Shown in pieces: positions 54,747-63,440 of a stretch of 64,000 nucleotides of DNA; within the stretch, counting starts at the first letter, position 1; each line of letters opens with the position of its first letter. Under the pieces are notes generated by a model that was given only the letters and a program-made list of their open reading frames with translations, was not told the DNA's origin and ran no database searches. Source of the DNA: Parcubacteria group bacterium Gr01-1014_8 (GTDB taxonomy: Bacteria; Patescibacteriota; Minisyncoccia; Phycocordibacterales; UBA2100); the NCBI GenBank assembly GCA_007376385.1, contig VMGC01000001.1, positions 64,001 to 128,000 of the forward strand, given 5' to 3'. Both the position numbers and the translations under genes were made by a program.

Positions 54747-57146
54747 TTACTGAGCGCCGAACGAGACGCTATTCTCGCGGGGTCCCAGCAGCGTGTCAGC
54801 GACGGCTTTTAAGACAGCAGGCCCGGCGGTCGGGATGAATTCCAGTTCGAACGGTGCCTCTGTAGCCGAACCTATCAGCGCGTCATTGAGATAGTACGTA
54901 ACTTTTTTTATGGAAAGTGATGATTCATACTCTACCGCCGCAGTGATGCGCGTTCCTGCTTTGTACACTTGTCCCCCACTTGGGGAGGCGACAACGAAAT
55001 CTATCACCCCCGTTCCTCCCGGATTTATAGGTTGCTGGTTCGCCCACAGTGATACTGGGTACTCCCACAGTACGAATTGCGGATCTGCGGACGGATTCGA
55101 CGGAGGACCGGAGCGAGGATTGTCTTTATTCACCCAGAAGAGAATTTCATGGACTCCGCGAGAAGGGTCGCTATTCCAATTACCACGGAGGACCGGCGGG
55201 AGAGAATCATATTCCGGGTCCGGCGGGACGGGGGCGAAATCCTCAGACGGGTATTTCTCCAGCGCGTATCGCATGAATTCATTCCATATCGGGGCGATGA
55301 TAAAACCTGCAACTTTCTTTTCCATCACCGAATTGTCGTTGTTTCCTGCCCATGCTCCTGCAGCAAGTCCGGGCGTGTAGCCGATTATCCATGCATCGCG
55401 ATAATCGTTGGTGGTTCCTGTTTTTGCAGCAACATTATGGCCTGGAACTGTGAGCGCAGAGTTCGCTCCGAACGCCGGGATTTTTGCGTTGTCGTCCGAG
55501 AGAACGTCGTTGAGCGTCCGTGCTATTTGCGGCTCGACAACCCGACTCCCCTTGTCCTCATATTTTTCCAACACGTCCTCACCCTCCTTGATTTCCAGAA
55601 TTCCCGTCGGCGGGTTCAAGATTCCGTCGTTCGCGTATCCTGCGTAGGCCCCAGTCATTTCAAGGAGCGTAACCTCGCCGCCGCCAAGAACTAATGTGAG
55701 GCCATAGCGGCTCTTGTCGACAAGTGTCGTTATTCCCATACGCTTGGCCATGTTCAGCGCGTCATCGAGTCCAACCAGGTACAGCACTTTTACTGCAACG
55801 ACGTTGATAGATTGTGCGAGCGCATCGCGCAGACTCATCGGTCCGCGGTATTTTTCATCGTAGTTGCCCGGGGAATAGCAATTATCGTGCGTTGCGAGGT
55901 CATTTGGAGAGCAATAACCGGTGAATTGCGTTGCGAGGTCAAAAAGAATTGTTTCGGGCGTGTATCCTTTCTCAAATGCCGCCGCGTAGACGAACGGCTT
56001 GAATGAGGAGCCAGGTTGGCGCTTCGCAAGAGTGACGTTTACTTTTCCGTCGATCTCCTCGTCAAAGTAGCCGCGCGATCCAACCATACTGAGGATCTGT
56101 CCCGTCTTTGGATCGATGGCGACAAGTCCCGCATTTTCTGCGTTGAAGTTTTTCTTATTTGCGAGCGCGCCTTTTTCCACAACTACTTCAGCTTTTTTTT
56201 GCAGATCATAGTCAAGTGTCGTGATGACGCGAAGTCCGCTGTTCGAGACGACGTCTGCTCCGTACTTTTCTTCCAAATATTCTCGGATAAAGAAGACAAA
56301 GTGCGGCGCTTTGATGCCGGCCTCTGTTTCTTGCTTGAATTCCACTGTTTCCTTCATTGCGGCCTCGTACTCCTCGGCGCTAATGACGCCTAATTTTTGC
56401 ATTTGCGCTAGGACAAGATTTTTTCTGTCTTCCAACTCATCGCGATGATTTCCGTACGGTGAATACCGCGTCGGTGCTCGCGGTAATGCGGCCAAATACG
56501 CAGCTTCTGCAAGCGTTACATCTTTTGCGAGCTTGCCGAAAAAAAATTCGCTTGCTTCCTCGATGCCGTAAATAGTGCCGCCGTATGGATTTTCATTCAG
56601 ATATATCTCCAGGATCTTGTCCTTTGTCGTTGCGCGCTCGAGTTTTATGGCAAGCACCCACTCTTTCATCTTGCGGATGATGGTTTTGTCTTGCGTCAGA
56701 AGAGTGTTTTTCACAACCTGCTGCGTAATGGTGGAACCTCCTTGGCTGAAACCGCCCGACGTAATGTTCGCCCATACGGCTCGCAAGATGGAGAGCGGTC
56801 GTATGCCCTTGTGTTGATAGAACGTGTCGTCCTCTATCGCGATGGTGGCATTCTGGATGAAAATAGAAATTTCGCTCAAGGGGACGTCGGTGCGGCGCAT
56901 CGAACCGTGAACGTCGTAGAGAAGTACATTGCCGGTGCGGTCGTATATCTTGGTTGATTCGGATACCTTGCGGTTCTCAAAGCTATCTACCGAGGGAATA
57001 GAAACGACCATCGCCCACGCGAAAAAAACGCCGAGGGCGCCTATGATGGAGAAGCTGATTATCTTGGTCGATGTCCGCACTTCAGGATGGAATGAACGCC
57101 ACATTTTCCGCAGGGTTCTGGGTGTCTTAAAATCGCTCTCGGGCAT
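54747..57146 (-). CDS. Class A penicillin-binding protein (transglycosylase + transpeptidase) with C-terminal extension
   Basis: 799 aa; N-terminal TM, GT51 motifs (EDDTFYQHKGI, GGSTITQQ), transpeptidase SxxK/SxN/KTG-type motifs (SSFKP; KTGTT). Confidence 0.9.
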   Translation of the reverse strand: MPESDFKTPRTLRKMWRSFHPEVRTSTKIISFSIIGALGVFFAWAMVVSIPSVDSFENRKVSESTKIYDRTGNVLLYDVHGSMRRTDVPLSEISIFIQNATIAIEDDTFYQHKGIRPLSILRAVWANITSGGFSQGGSTITQQVVKNTLLTQDKTIIRKMKEWVLAIKLERATTKDKILEIYLNENPYGGTIYGIEEASEFFFGKLAKDVTLAEAAYLAALPRAPTRYSPYGNHRDELEDRKNLVLAQMQKLGVISAEEYEAAMKETVEFKQETEAGIKAPHFVFFIREYLEEKYGADVVSNSGLRVITTLDYDLQKKAEVVVEKGALANKKNFNAENAGLVAIDPKTGQILSMVGSRGYFDEEIDGKVNVTLAKRQPGSSFKPFVYAAAFEKGYTPETILFDLATQFTGYCSPNDLATHDNCYSPGNYDEKYRGPMSLRDALAQSINVVAVKVLYLVGLDDALNMAKRMGITTLVDKSRYGLTLVLGGGEVTLLEMTGAYAGYANDGILNPPTGILEIKEGEDVLEKYEDKGSRVVEPQIARTLNDVLSDDNAKIPAFGANSALTVPGHNVAAKTGTTNDYRDAWIIGYTPGLAAGAWAGNNDNSVMEKKVAGFIIAPIWNEFMRYALEKYPSEDFAPVPPDPEYDSLPPVLRGNWNSDPSRGVHEILFWVNKDNPRSGPPSNPSADPQFVLWEYPVSLWANQQPINPGGTGVIDFVVASPSGGQVYKAGTRITAAVEYESSLSIKKVTYYLNDALIGSATEAPFELEFIPTAGPAVLKAVADTLLGPRENSVSFGAQ

Positions 57147-57193
57147 ATGCTCGTGGTAGAGGACGCAGTTGTCTCTAGCAAATTACAGACATT

Positions 57194-57682
57194 TTAGCCG
57201 ATTTTGCGTGCGTGAGCCAGATGAGTGACGCCGACGGCGATAGCATCGTATTCATCGTCGTGTTGTATGTCTTTTTCTATCTTGATGAGCGCATGAAGCA
57301 TCGTCGCGACTCCTTTTTTATCTGCTCTCCCAGAGCCAGTCGTCGCCGATTTCACCTGTCCCGGCGTGTATTCAAAAACGGGCACGTTCGCGAGTTCAGC
57401 GACGTGCAAGATGGCGCCTCGTACTTCCGCGACTTGCATCGCTGTCTTTTGATTTGAGTTGAAAAACAGTCTTTCCATTGCGAGCGCCTGGGGAGAGTGT
57501 TTTTTCAAGAGGCGCGAACATTCGTCCGCGACGTGTGAGAGTCTTTCGCCGAAGGAAGAAGAGGCGGATGTTTCGATGCATTCAGAATAGAGAAGTGTCT
57601 CCTTACCGTTCTCCCTTTCCAATACGGCAACGCCGCATCGTCCGTACCCGGGGTCGATGGCAAGCACTTTCATACGCATCAC
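57194..57682 (-). CDS. ruvC: Holliday junction resolvase RuvC
   Basis: 162 aa; VLAIDPGYGRCGVAV ... ERLFFNSNQKTAMQVAEVRG ... DAIAVGVTHL catalytic acidic residues. Confidence 0.9.
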   Translation of the reverse strand: MMRMKVLAIDPGYGRCGVAVLERENGKETLLYSECIETSASSSFGERLSHVADECSRLLKKHSPQALAMERLFFNSNQKTAMQVAEVRGAILHVAELANVPVFEYTPGQVKSATTGSGRADKKGVATMLHALIKIEKDIQHDDEYDAIAVGVTHLAHARKIG

Positions 57683-58290
57683 TCAAGCGGTACCAGGTAG
57701 TGAGTCACCGTTTTTCTCTCCTCTCCTTCCATTTCAGTTTCCGTACGCATGACGCTGCCCTGATTTAGTTCTATGCCCAGCTTTTTGACCAAGGCTTCGC
57801 TCGCTTTATTTCCTTCAACAACAGGAAAAATCAATCTTTCGATAGGCGCTCCTCGCGCTTTTTGTTCTTTTGCGAGTCTGACAACTGCATGAAGCATTTC
57901 GATGCCGTATTTCTTGTTTCGCAATTCCGGAGCAACCCACAACGTTATCTTGTATTCATTGGCGCGTTTGGTCGGGAAGATACCACATCTTCCTATCAAT
58001 TTATTGGTCATCGGGTGCAACGCAACGAGATCAAAGAGCGTTTTTCCTCTGCGCTCGACACGATCGCGTGTTTCCGCGATAGAGGCTTCTATCTCTGAAA
58101 TCGTCTGGGGACGCTTGCCATCAACCCATCTGTCAGCAACCTCCTCAGTGAATGTCGGAAGAATACGAGCTGCATCTTCGTTCCGGATAAATCTGAGTTT
58201 TAAATGCAAACGGGGCGTGTCGATTTTTGTACCTAAAAGGCTCTTGTCTACGACCGGATCTACGTCCATGTCTTCCGGGTGCTGTCTCAT
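57679..58290 (-). CDS. GNAT-family N-acetyltransferase
   Basis: 203 aa; acetyl-CoA-binding motif-like segment (RNKKYGIEMLHAVVRLAKE); 4-nt overlap with the ruvC start. Confidence 0.65.
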   Translation of the reverse strand: MRQHPEDMDVDPVVDKSLLGTKIDTPRLHLKLRFIRNEDAARILPTFTEEVADRWVDGKRPQTISEIEASIAETRDRVERRGKTLFDLVALHPMTNKLIGRCGIFPTKRANEYKITLWVAPELRNKKYGIEMLHAVVRLAKEQKARGAPIERLIFPVVEGNKASEALVKKLGIELNQGSVMRTETEMEGEERKTVTHYLVPLE

Positions 58291-58820
58291 TGAGCATTAG
58301 TATACACCTCCTGCACGTCGTCGTGCGAGTCGATCTGTTCCATTATTTGCATGAGCGTTGCGTCGTCTGTCTCCGACAGGGGAACCGTTGTTTTTGGGTT
58401 GTATGTGCCATCCGGGGTCTTTTCAAATGCCCAGAGGGCACTGCCGGGGGCGGCCAGAGCCAAGCCATTTTTGGAAAGGAGGTGTTTTATTTCCTGGGCC
58501 GTGCGGTTACGGTTGTCAGTCAGAGCATCAATGACAATGGCAGCCCCGCCGGGTCCGTACGCTTCGTAAGTAATAGATTCAAGTTCACCAGCGTCCGCTG
58601 AAGTTCCCTTAGCGATGGCCCGTTCGATAGTGTCTTTCGTCATGTTCGCCGCCTTTGCGGTATCAATAATGGCCCGGAGACCGGCGGAATTCACATCGCC
58701 ATTCGCTTTCTTGCTCTCCACCGCGATGCGTCGCGCGAGCTTGCCCCATACGTTGCTCTTCGCAGCGTCATTCGCGCCTTTCTGTCTCTTTATCTGCGCC
58801 CATTTGTTATGTCCTGCCAT
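58287..58820 (-). CDS. yebC: YebC/PmpR-family DNA-binding regulatory protein (short form)
   Basis: Start at MAGHNKWAQIKRQK (canonical YebC N-terminus MAGHSKWAN...); conserved neighbourhood with ruvC. Confidence 0.8.
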   Translation of the reverse strand: MAGHNKWAQIKRQKGANDAAKSNVWGKLARRIAVESKKANGDVNSAGLRAIIDTAKAANMTKDTIERAIAKGTSADAGELESITYEAYGPGGAAIVIDALTDNRNRTAQEIKHLLSKNGLALAAPGSALWAFEKTPDGTYNPKTTVPLSETDDATLMQIMEQIDSHDDVQEVYTNAQ

Positions 58821-58890
58821 GATTCGGCCACTATACCGCAGAGACCGCGAAAAAAGCAAAATACTCCGCGAATGTTTGTATACTGGGCCT

Positions 58891-59454
58891 ATGGTAGTCA
58901 TGTCACTTCGCGGCTGGATATTGGCGGGCTTTGCACTCATTGGAGTGCAAGCTCTTGCTCTCTACTTCATGGGGCAGCCGTTAATAAGTGCGAGTGGAAT
59001 GGTGAAGCTGTGGCACGGAGCTGTACTCAGTTCTGACAATTCACAGCAGATATCGGATTGGTACACGTTTTCGCATGTCATCCACGGATTCCTTTTTTAT
59101 CTGGGGCTGTGGTTTTTCTTTCCGCGCATGCCGATAGCGATGCGCTTTGCGCTTGCATCCGGGATTGAAGTAGGGTGGGAACTATTCGAGAATACTGACT
59201 TCATCATAAGCCGCTATCGCGAACAGGCGCTCGCACAAGGATACATAGGAGACAGCGTCATCAATTCAATCTGCGACACGCTTGCGATGGTTGTCGGGTT
59301 CGTTCTCGCATGGCGATTACCCGTATCTGCATCCATTGCCGTCATCATTTTCATTGAAGCGTTCATGTTGAATTGGATACGCGACAGCCTCACGTTGAAT
59401 ATCATCCAGCTCATTCATCCTCTTGAAGGAGTAACGAACTGGCAAAGTAGTTAA
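58891..59454 (+). CDS. Hypothetical integral membrane protein
   Basis: Start moved to ATG 58891 (MVVMSLRGWILAGF...), because the upstream part of the ORF-track ORF overlaps yebC on the opposite strand; about 5 TM helices. Confidence 0.45.
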   Translation: MVVMSLRGWILAGFALIGVQALALYFMGQPLISASGMVKLWHGAVLSSDNSQQISDWYTFSHVIHGFLFYLGLWFFFPRMPIAMRFALASGIEVGWELFENTDFIISRYREQALAQGYIGDSVINSICDTLAMVVGFVLAWRLPVSASIAVIIFIEAFMLNWIRDSLTLNIIQLIHPLEGVTNWQSS

Positions 59455-60370
59455 CAAAGCTCTTCACGGCAAGCAAACTGTCGAGGACCTTAATACCAAG
59501 ATCATAAAGCCGTGTTCCGATGCTTGTGCGAGACGGACGATCATGTGGCTGGACCCAGTCTTGGAGATTCACGGTTACCTCGATCATTCCGTCGTGTGAC
59601 GTATAGTCGGATGTAAATGGCTCGAGCGCGTATCCAATGATTCGACCACTTTCGAGCGCTTTCATGCCGGCCCCTGGTGTCGTGCGAGAAATGGTGATCG
59701 CATCGCCAATAGATACGCCGCCGCCGTCAAGTGTCATGCGCACAGGAACGTGACCAGAAAGGCCAATAGGCTGCGGGTGTTTAGCGACGGAGAGAATATC
59801 AACACCAATTATCTGTGCAGGCTGGGTCGCGACAACACCGAGTGCGTTGTTTCGTGATGCGTAGTCGGCTTTTCTCATAATAGGCGTGCTAACGATGTAT
59901 GTTTCCCCGGTCTTCTTTTTCGTTAGCGGATCTCTAATTTCGATTTCACGCGAGACAAGTCCGTCGCTCGGTACGATAATGTCACCGCGAATAACATCGC
60001 TTCTCGTCTCGTGCCATTCCGCGATGTCGCCGTCAGTAATATCGCTGCAGCCGCTCATCACAACATTGCTTTTCCAAAGTTTTCCGTCGCTATCTACACA
60101 CACCGGCTTCAGACCCGTTCCTTGATCGGTCACGGCTTGCGGCAATCCGGCAAAATACACATATGCATCTGCCTCGACATCGTTCTGTACATATAGTTCT
60201 CCGTTTCCTGTGGCATTAGAATTTATACCTCCGGATCCAATTCGTACTGAAAAGGGGAGTGTAACAGCAGAAACATTTTTTGGAAAAATAAGAAAAAGCG
60301 CGGACAATACGAGTGCCGCGCAAATGTAGAAATAGGTGCTACTCCGCCCACGATATGCCGAGACGCTCAT
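59411..60370 (-). CDS. Hypothetical secreted protein
   Basis: 319 aa; N-terminal signal peptide (…IFPKNVSA/VT); Gly/Asp/Val-rich beta-type composition; no motif recognised. Confidence 0.45.
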   Translation of the reverse strand: MSVSAYRGRSSTYFYICAALVLSALFLIFPKNVSAVTLPFSVRIGSGGINSNATGNGELYVQNDVEADAYVYFAGLPQAVTDQGTGLKPVCVDSDGKLWKSNVVMSGCSDITDGDIAEWHETRSDVIRGDIIVPSDGLVSREIEIRDPLTKKKTGETYIVSTPIMRKADYASRNNALGVVATQPAQIIGVDILSVAKHPQPIGLSGHVPVRMTLDGGGVSIGDAITISRTTPGAGMKALESGRIIGYALEPFTSDYTSHDGMIEVTVNLQDWVQPHDRPSRTSIGTRLYDLGIKVLDSLLAVKSFVNYFASSLLLQEDE

Positions 60371-60518
60371 GCAGATTACTGTTACATAGTTTCGAAACTA
60401 TGCAACAAGGAACTGTTAACATATGCCTCATATCCCAACGTGCATAAAACAGTACACTGGTGTTTCTCTGTGACATTTGTCCATTGTTCGTATAGTATGT
60501 TTTTAAAGTTGCGATATC

Positions 60519-60830
60519 ATGAAATCTTCTCTTCCGAAAACCTCGTACGCGCGTAACGCCTCTATATATAAAATTCTCGCGCACCCCACGCGTCTTGAGA
60601 TCCTTAATTTACTGAAGTACAGAGAAATTTCCGTGGAGGAATTGGTTAAAATTCTACGTCTGCCGAAGGCCAATGTTTCTCAGCATCTGGCTCTCTTAAG
60701 GCATACGCGCGTCGTGTCAGTGAGGCGCAACGGTCTTAGAGCATATTACAAGCTAGTTGATCCTCGAATTGTCGAACCTTGTAAGATCCTTCATGAATTG
60801 TGGAAGTCAAAGACCTGGCAGACACCTTGA
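60519..60830 (+). CDS. ArsR/SmtB-family transcriptional regulator
   Basis: 103 aa; wHTH: ILAHPTRLEILNLL ... ISVEELVKILRLPKANVSQHLALLR. Confidence 0.8.
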   Translation: MKSSLPKTSYARNASIYKILAHPTRLEILNLLKYREISVEELVKILRLPKANVSQHLALLRHTRVVSVRRNGLRAYYKLVDPRIVEPCKILHELWKSKTWQTP

Positions 60831-60891
60831 TTAACCAGAACCCATCTCAAAATAAACCGCAGAATATCTGGACAATAGCACTTGGCTACTA

Positions 60892-60995
60892 CGAGGGTTT
60901 TTGCGCGGCTGCGTCACAAAACGGCTCGGTCTCAATGTATCGCGGATACATTTTGTGCTCCACCGCGCTGTCTCGCTCGCACAAAAACCCTCTCG
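60892..60995. other. Nested imperfect inverted repeats (about 104 nt) between convergent arsR and ruvB
   Basis: Outer stem cgagggtttttgcgc / gcacaaaaaccctctcg, middle cacaaaa/ttttgtg, inner tgtatc-gcg-gataca. Possible bidirectional terminator or structured RNA. Confidence 0.3.
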
Positions 60996-61021
60996 TTACG
61001 CCATGTATTTTGAGATGTGTT

Positions 61022-62044
61022 CTAGATGCTTCGGATGCCAAGTAACTGTTTCTGGGGGACTTCAAACCCCAGATGTTGATGGCCTTTTTCGGTAACCATA
61101 CGTCCTCGCGGGGTGCGTTCAAGGAGGCCAAGTTGCATAAGGTACGGTTCGTGCACTTCTTCGAGCGTTGCTTCTTCTTCAGAAAGTGCTGCAGCGAGAG
61201 TTTTTAAGCCCGCTGGTCCACCTTTAAATTTTTCCACGAGGACAGTAAGAAGGTCGCGGTCTGTCTGATTGAGTCCTATTTCATCTATCTCAAGAAGCGC
61301 GAGTGCCTTTTTTACTGTTTTCAAATTAAGCGGTTCGCCGGATACTTCTGCGAAATCGCGCGCTCGTTTCAAAAGGTAGTTCGCGGTGCGAGGCGTCGCG
61401 CGGCTTCGTTTCGCAATTTCTTGTATCGAATCATCGTCGGTAGCAATACCGAGAATTTTTGCTGAGCGTTTAAGGATGGTCCGGATCTCGTCCTCGGTGT
61501 AGTAGGTAAGTCTGAACGTGCCGCCGGAAAAGCGCGAGCGTAGCGGTGCCGAGAGCATAGAGACGCGCGTTGTTGCTGCGATAAGCGTGAACGCCGGGAG
61601 CTCCAATTGTACGGTGCGAGCGGATGGACCTTTGCCGATGACGATGTCGAGAACGCCAGCTTCCATGGCAGGGTACAGAACCTCTTCAATAGTGCGATTC
61701 AAGCGGTGGACCTCGTCTATAAAAAGAACATCGCCGGGGGAGAGGTTCGTGAGGATGGATGCAAGGTCGCCAACGCGCTCGATAGCAGGGCCGGAAGTCG
61801 CGCGCAGGGATGCTCCAATTTCCCGTGTCATCAAATGGGCGAGCGTTGTCTTGCCCAAACCGGGCGGTCCGTATAAAAGCACGTGTTCCGGCTGTTGTTT
61901 TCGTCCTTTTGCGGCAGTAAGGAGGATGCGAAGGTTCTCTTTAATGCCTGCTTGGCCGACGTATTCCTTCCAATCGGCGGGTCGAAGCGCATGATCGAGC
62001 GTTTTAGCACTTCGTTCAATTGGGTTTGTTTCTTTTGTGGTCAT
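61022..62044 (-). CDS. ruvB: Holliday junction branch-migration ATPase RuvB
   Basis: 340 aa; Walker A GPPGLGKTTLA, Walker B FIDEVHRL, sensor 2; RuvB_N/AAA/RuvB_C architecture. Confidence 0.95.
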   Translation of the reverse strand: MTTKETNPIERSAKTLDHALRPADWKEYVGQAGIKENLRILLTAAKGRKQQPEHVLLYGPPGLGKTTLAHLMTREIGASLRATSGPAIERVGDLASILTNLSPGDVLFIDEVHRLNRTIEEVLYPAMEAGVLDIVIGKGPSARTVQLELPAFTLIAATTRVSMLSAPLRSRFSGGTFRLTYYTEDEIRTILKRSAKILGIATDDDSIQEIAKRSRATPRTANYLLKRARDFAEVSGEPLNLKTVKKALALLEIDEIGLNQTDRDLLTVLVEKFKGGPAGLKTLAAALSEEEATLEEVHEPYLMQLGLLERTPRGRMVTEKGHQHLGFEVPQKQLLGIRSI

Positions 62045-62086
62045 ATTTCAAGCCCTTAATGGTGAGCTCCAAGCTCATGAAAGGGG

Positions 62087-62113
62087 TTGACAAAGCTATA
62101 TTTTATGCTAAAG
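62087..62113 (+). promoter_or_regulatory. Sigma70-like promoter (TTGACA -35; extended -10 TGcTAAAGT)
   Basis: Perfect TTGACA at 62087-62092, 15-nt spacer, TG-n-TAAAGT at 62105-62113; it points into a 330-bp non-coding interval. Confidence 0.45.
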
Positions 62114-62119
62114 TCCTGG

Positions 62120-62416
62120 CTGCTTAAATTGTACGCGCGGAGGCGCGAATTTCGCAGCGATATAGGACTTTGCCGAGGATGTAGGCGGTTCCCAGTCTTA
62201 CGATTGGGAGTGCTACCTCTCCCCTTAGGTTCGGATCCACTTTTGATGCATTTCGAAAGCATCGCTGCGAAATTCGCGCTTTCGCGTTTCGCTCCACTTC
62301 CAAACATATCACCTCGTTCCCACTTCACAACTTGCCCGTCACACGAAAAGACACGGTTGCCTACTATGTCAATGTTGTGTGCTAAACATATTCGGTAGAT
62401 CCAATTTTTTTGTTTT
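62120..62416 (+). ncRNA. Candidate structured ncRNA of unknown class
   Basis: Downstream of the promoter: GC hairpin cgcgc-ggag-gcgcg (62134-62147), then an 18-bp perfect long-range inverted repeat cgcgaatttcgcagcgat (62144-62161) / atcgctgcgaaattcgcg (62261-62278) enclosing about 99 nt, and a T-tract at 62404-62416. The ORFs in this interval do not look like coding sequence. Confidence 0.3.
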
Positions 62417-62576
62417 GCTAATATTTTGCAACATGCAGAGAATATCTTTTCGTGTGTGCGGGCTTGCCAAACGGCATTTTTGTTCGTTATTGGTGACGTA
62501 GAGTGAGTGAAATGAAAATGTAGCCGTTTTCATTTCCGAGCCGAGGAGTCAAAATAGATTGTCCTAACGGCAATCT

Positions 62577-63437
62577 TTATAGAGATATTGAAATAATGCC
62601 GACCACAACACATCCAAGCGCAGCCACTTTTAAATAGACATGATGCTCTTTGAAGTAGATCGAGCCGGAGCAAATAGCCCAGAACACAGAAAGAGCGCGT
62701 TTGGCGGCTGTTGCGACGGACGCCGGCATGTAGAGAATGGCAAAACTGAACATGCCGTTGGCTATCGCCCCCGTCGCAAATTGCGCTAATTGAGCAGGGT
62801 GAAATATTCGGTGCAGCGGCCGCTCTCTCTTCATGGTTGCCATTGTAAAAAAGAAGACAACCAACACAAACAGTATGATGCCCTGTTCTGCTTCGACCGA
62901 GTTGTAGTATGTGATGTCGTATTTATAGAGTGAGATGGTGACGACGGCATTCAGCGCGGTGAAAAGAACGAGGAGAGAGCCTCTTTTTTTTATGCCATGA
63001 TACCCAAAAAGGAGGGCGAGCGAGGCGACGATGGCAACGGTGCCAAGTATCTGCGCGCTGGTCATCGCGTACCCGAGCACAAGGTCAGCGACAAGGAGGA
63101 GCGGGATCGTTAGAACGCGGAGGAATGCAAATGTGCTTCGGTCTGCTCGAATGACGGCAAAAAGAGTGACGTATGATTGCGCCACTTCCAAAATGACGCG
63201 CGGAATGAGCGTTGGAAGGGACGCGAGAGAGAACACAAATCCTCCGGGGAAATGCGGCGCAAAATAATTGAGAGGAAGATACAATCCAATGATGAGGATA
63301 CCAATAAGTCCCGCGAGCGTTGAGGTGAAGCCTGTTGTGAACGGCCTCTCCAAGCGCTTGGCGATGGTGTACTTGCCGACAGAGCTTCCGAGCTCTTCGG
63401 CGAACGTCGCGATCGCAACGAGGAAAGCTCCGAACAT
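62577..63437 (-). CDS. Polytopic membrane protein (about 8-10 TM; possibly DMT/EamA-like transporter)
   Basis: 286 aa, hydrophobic throughout; family call is tentative. Confidence 0.45.
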   Translation of the reverse strand: MFGAFLVAIATFAEELGSSVGKYTIAKRLERPFTTGFTSTLAGLIGILIIGLYLPLNYFAPHFPGGFVFSLASLPTLIPRVILEVAQSYVTLFAVIRADRSTFAFLRVLTIPLLLVADLVLGYAMTSAQILGTVAIVASLALLFGYHGIKKRGSLLVLFTALNAVVTISLYKYDITYYNSVEAEQGIILFVLVVFFFTMATMKRERPLHRIFHPAQLAQFATGAIANGMFSFAILYMPASVATAAKRALSVFWAICSGSIYFKEHHVYLKVAALGCVVVGIISISL

Positions 63438-63440
63438 GAA

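Noticed and set aside
62056-62398. ORFs 62087..62398 (+) and 62056..62328 (-) as protein-coding
   Set aside because: Arg/Ser/Pro-rich low-information translations on both strands. The region has a strong promoter and extensive secondary structure instead.
62120-62416. RNase P RNA, tmRNA or SRP RNA identity for the candidate ncRNA
   Set aside because: The P4 consensus (AGGAAAGUCCGGGCUCC), the ACAGAACCCGGCUUA box, tmRNA tRNA-like ends and the SRP GGAAGGAAGCAGC motif were not found on either strand, so the class is left unassigned.
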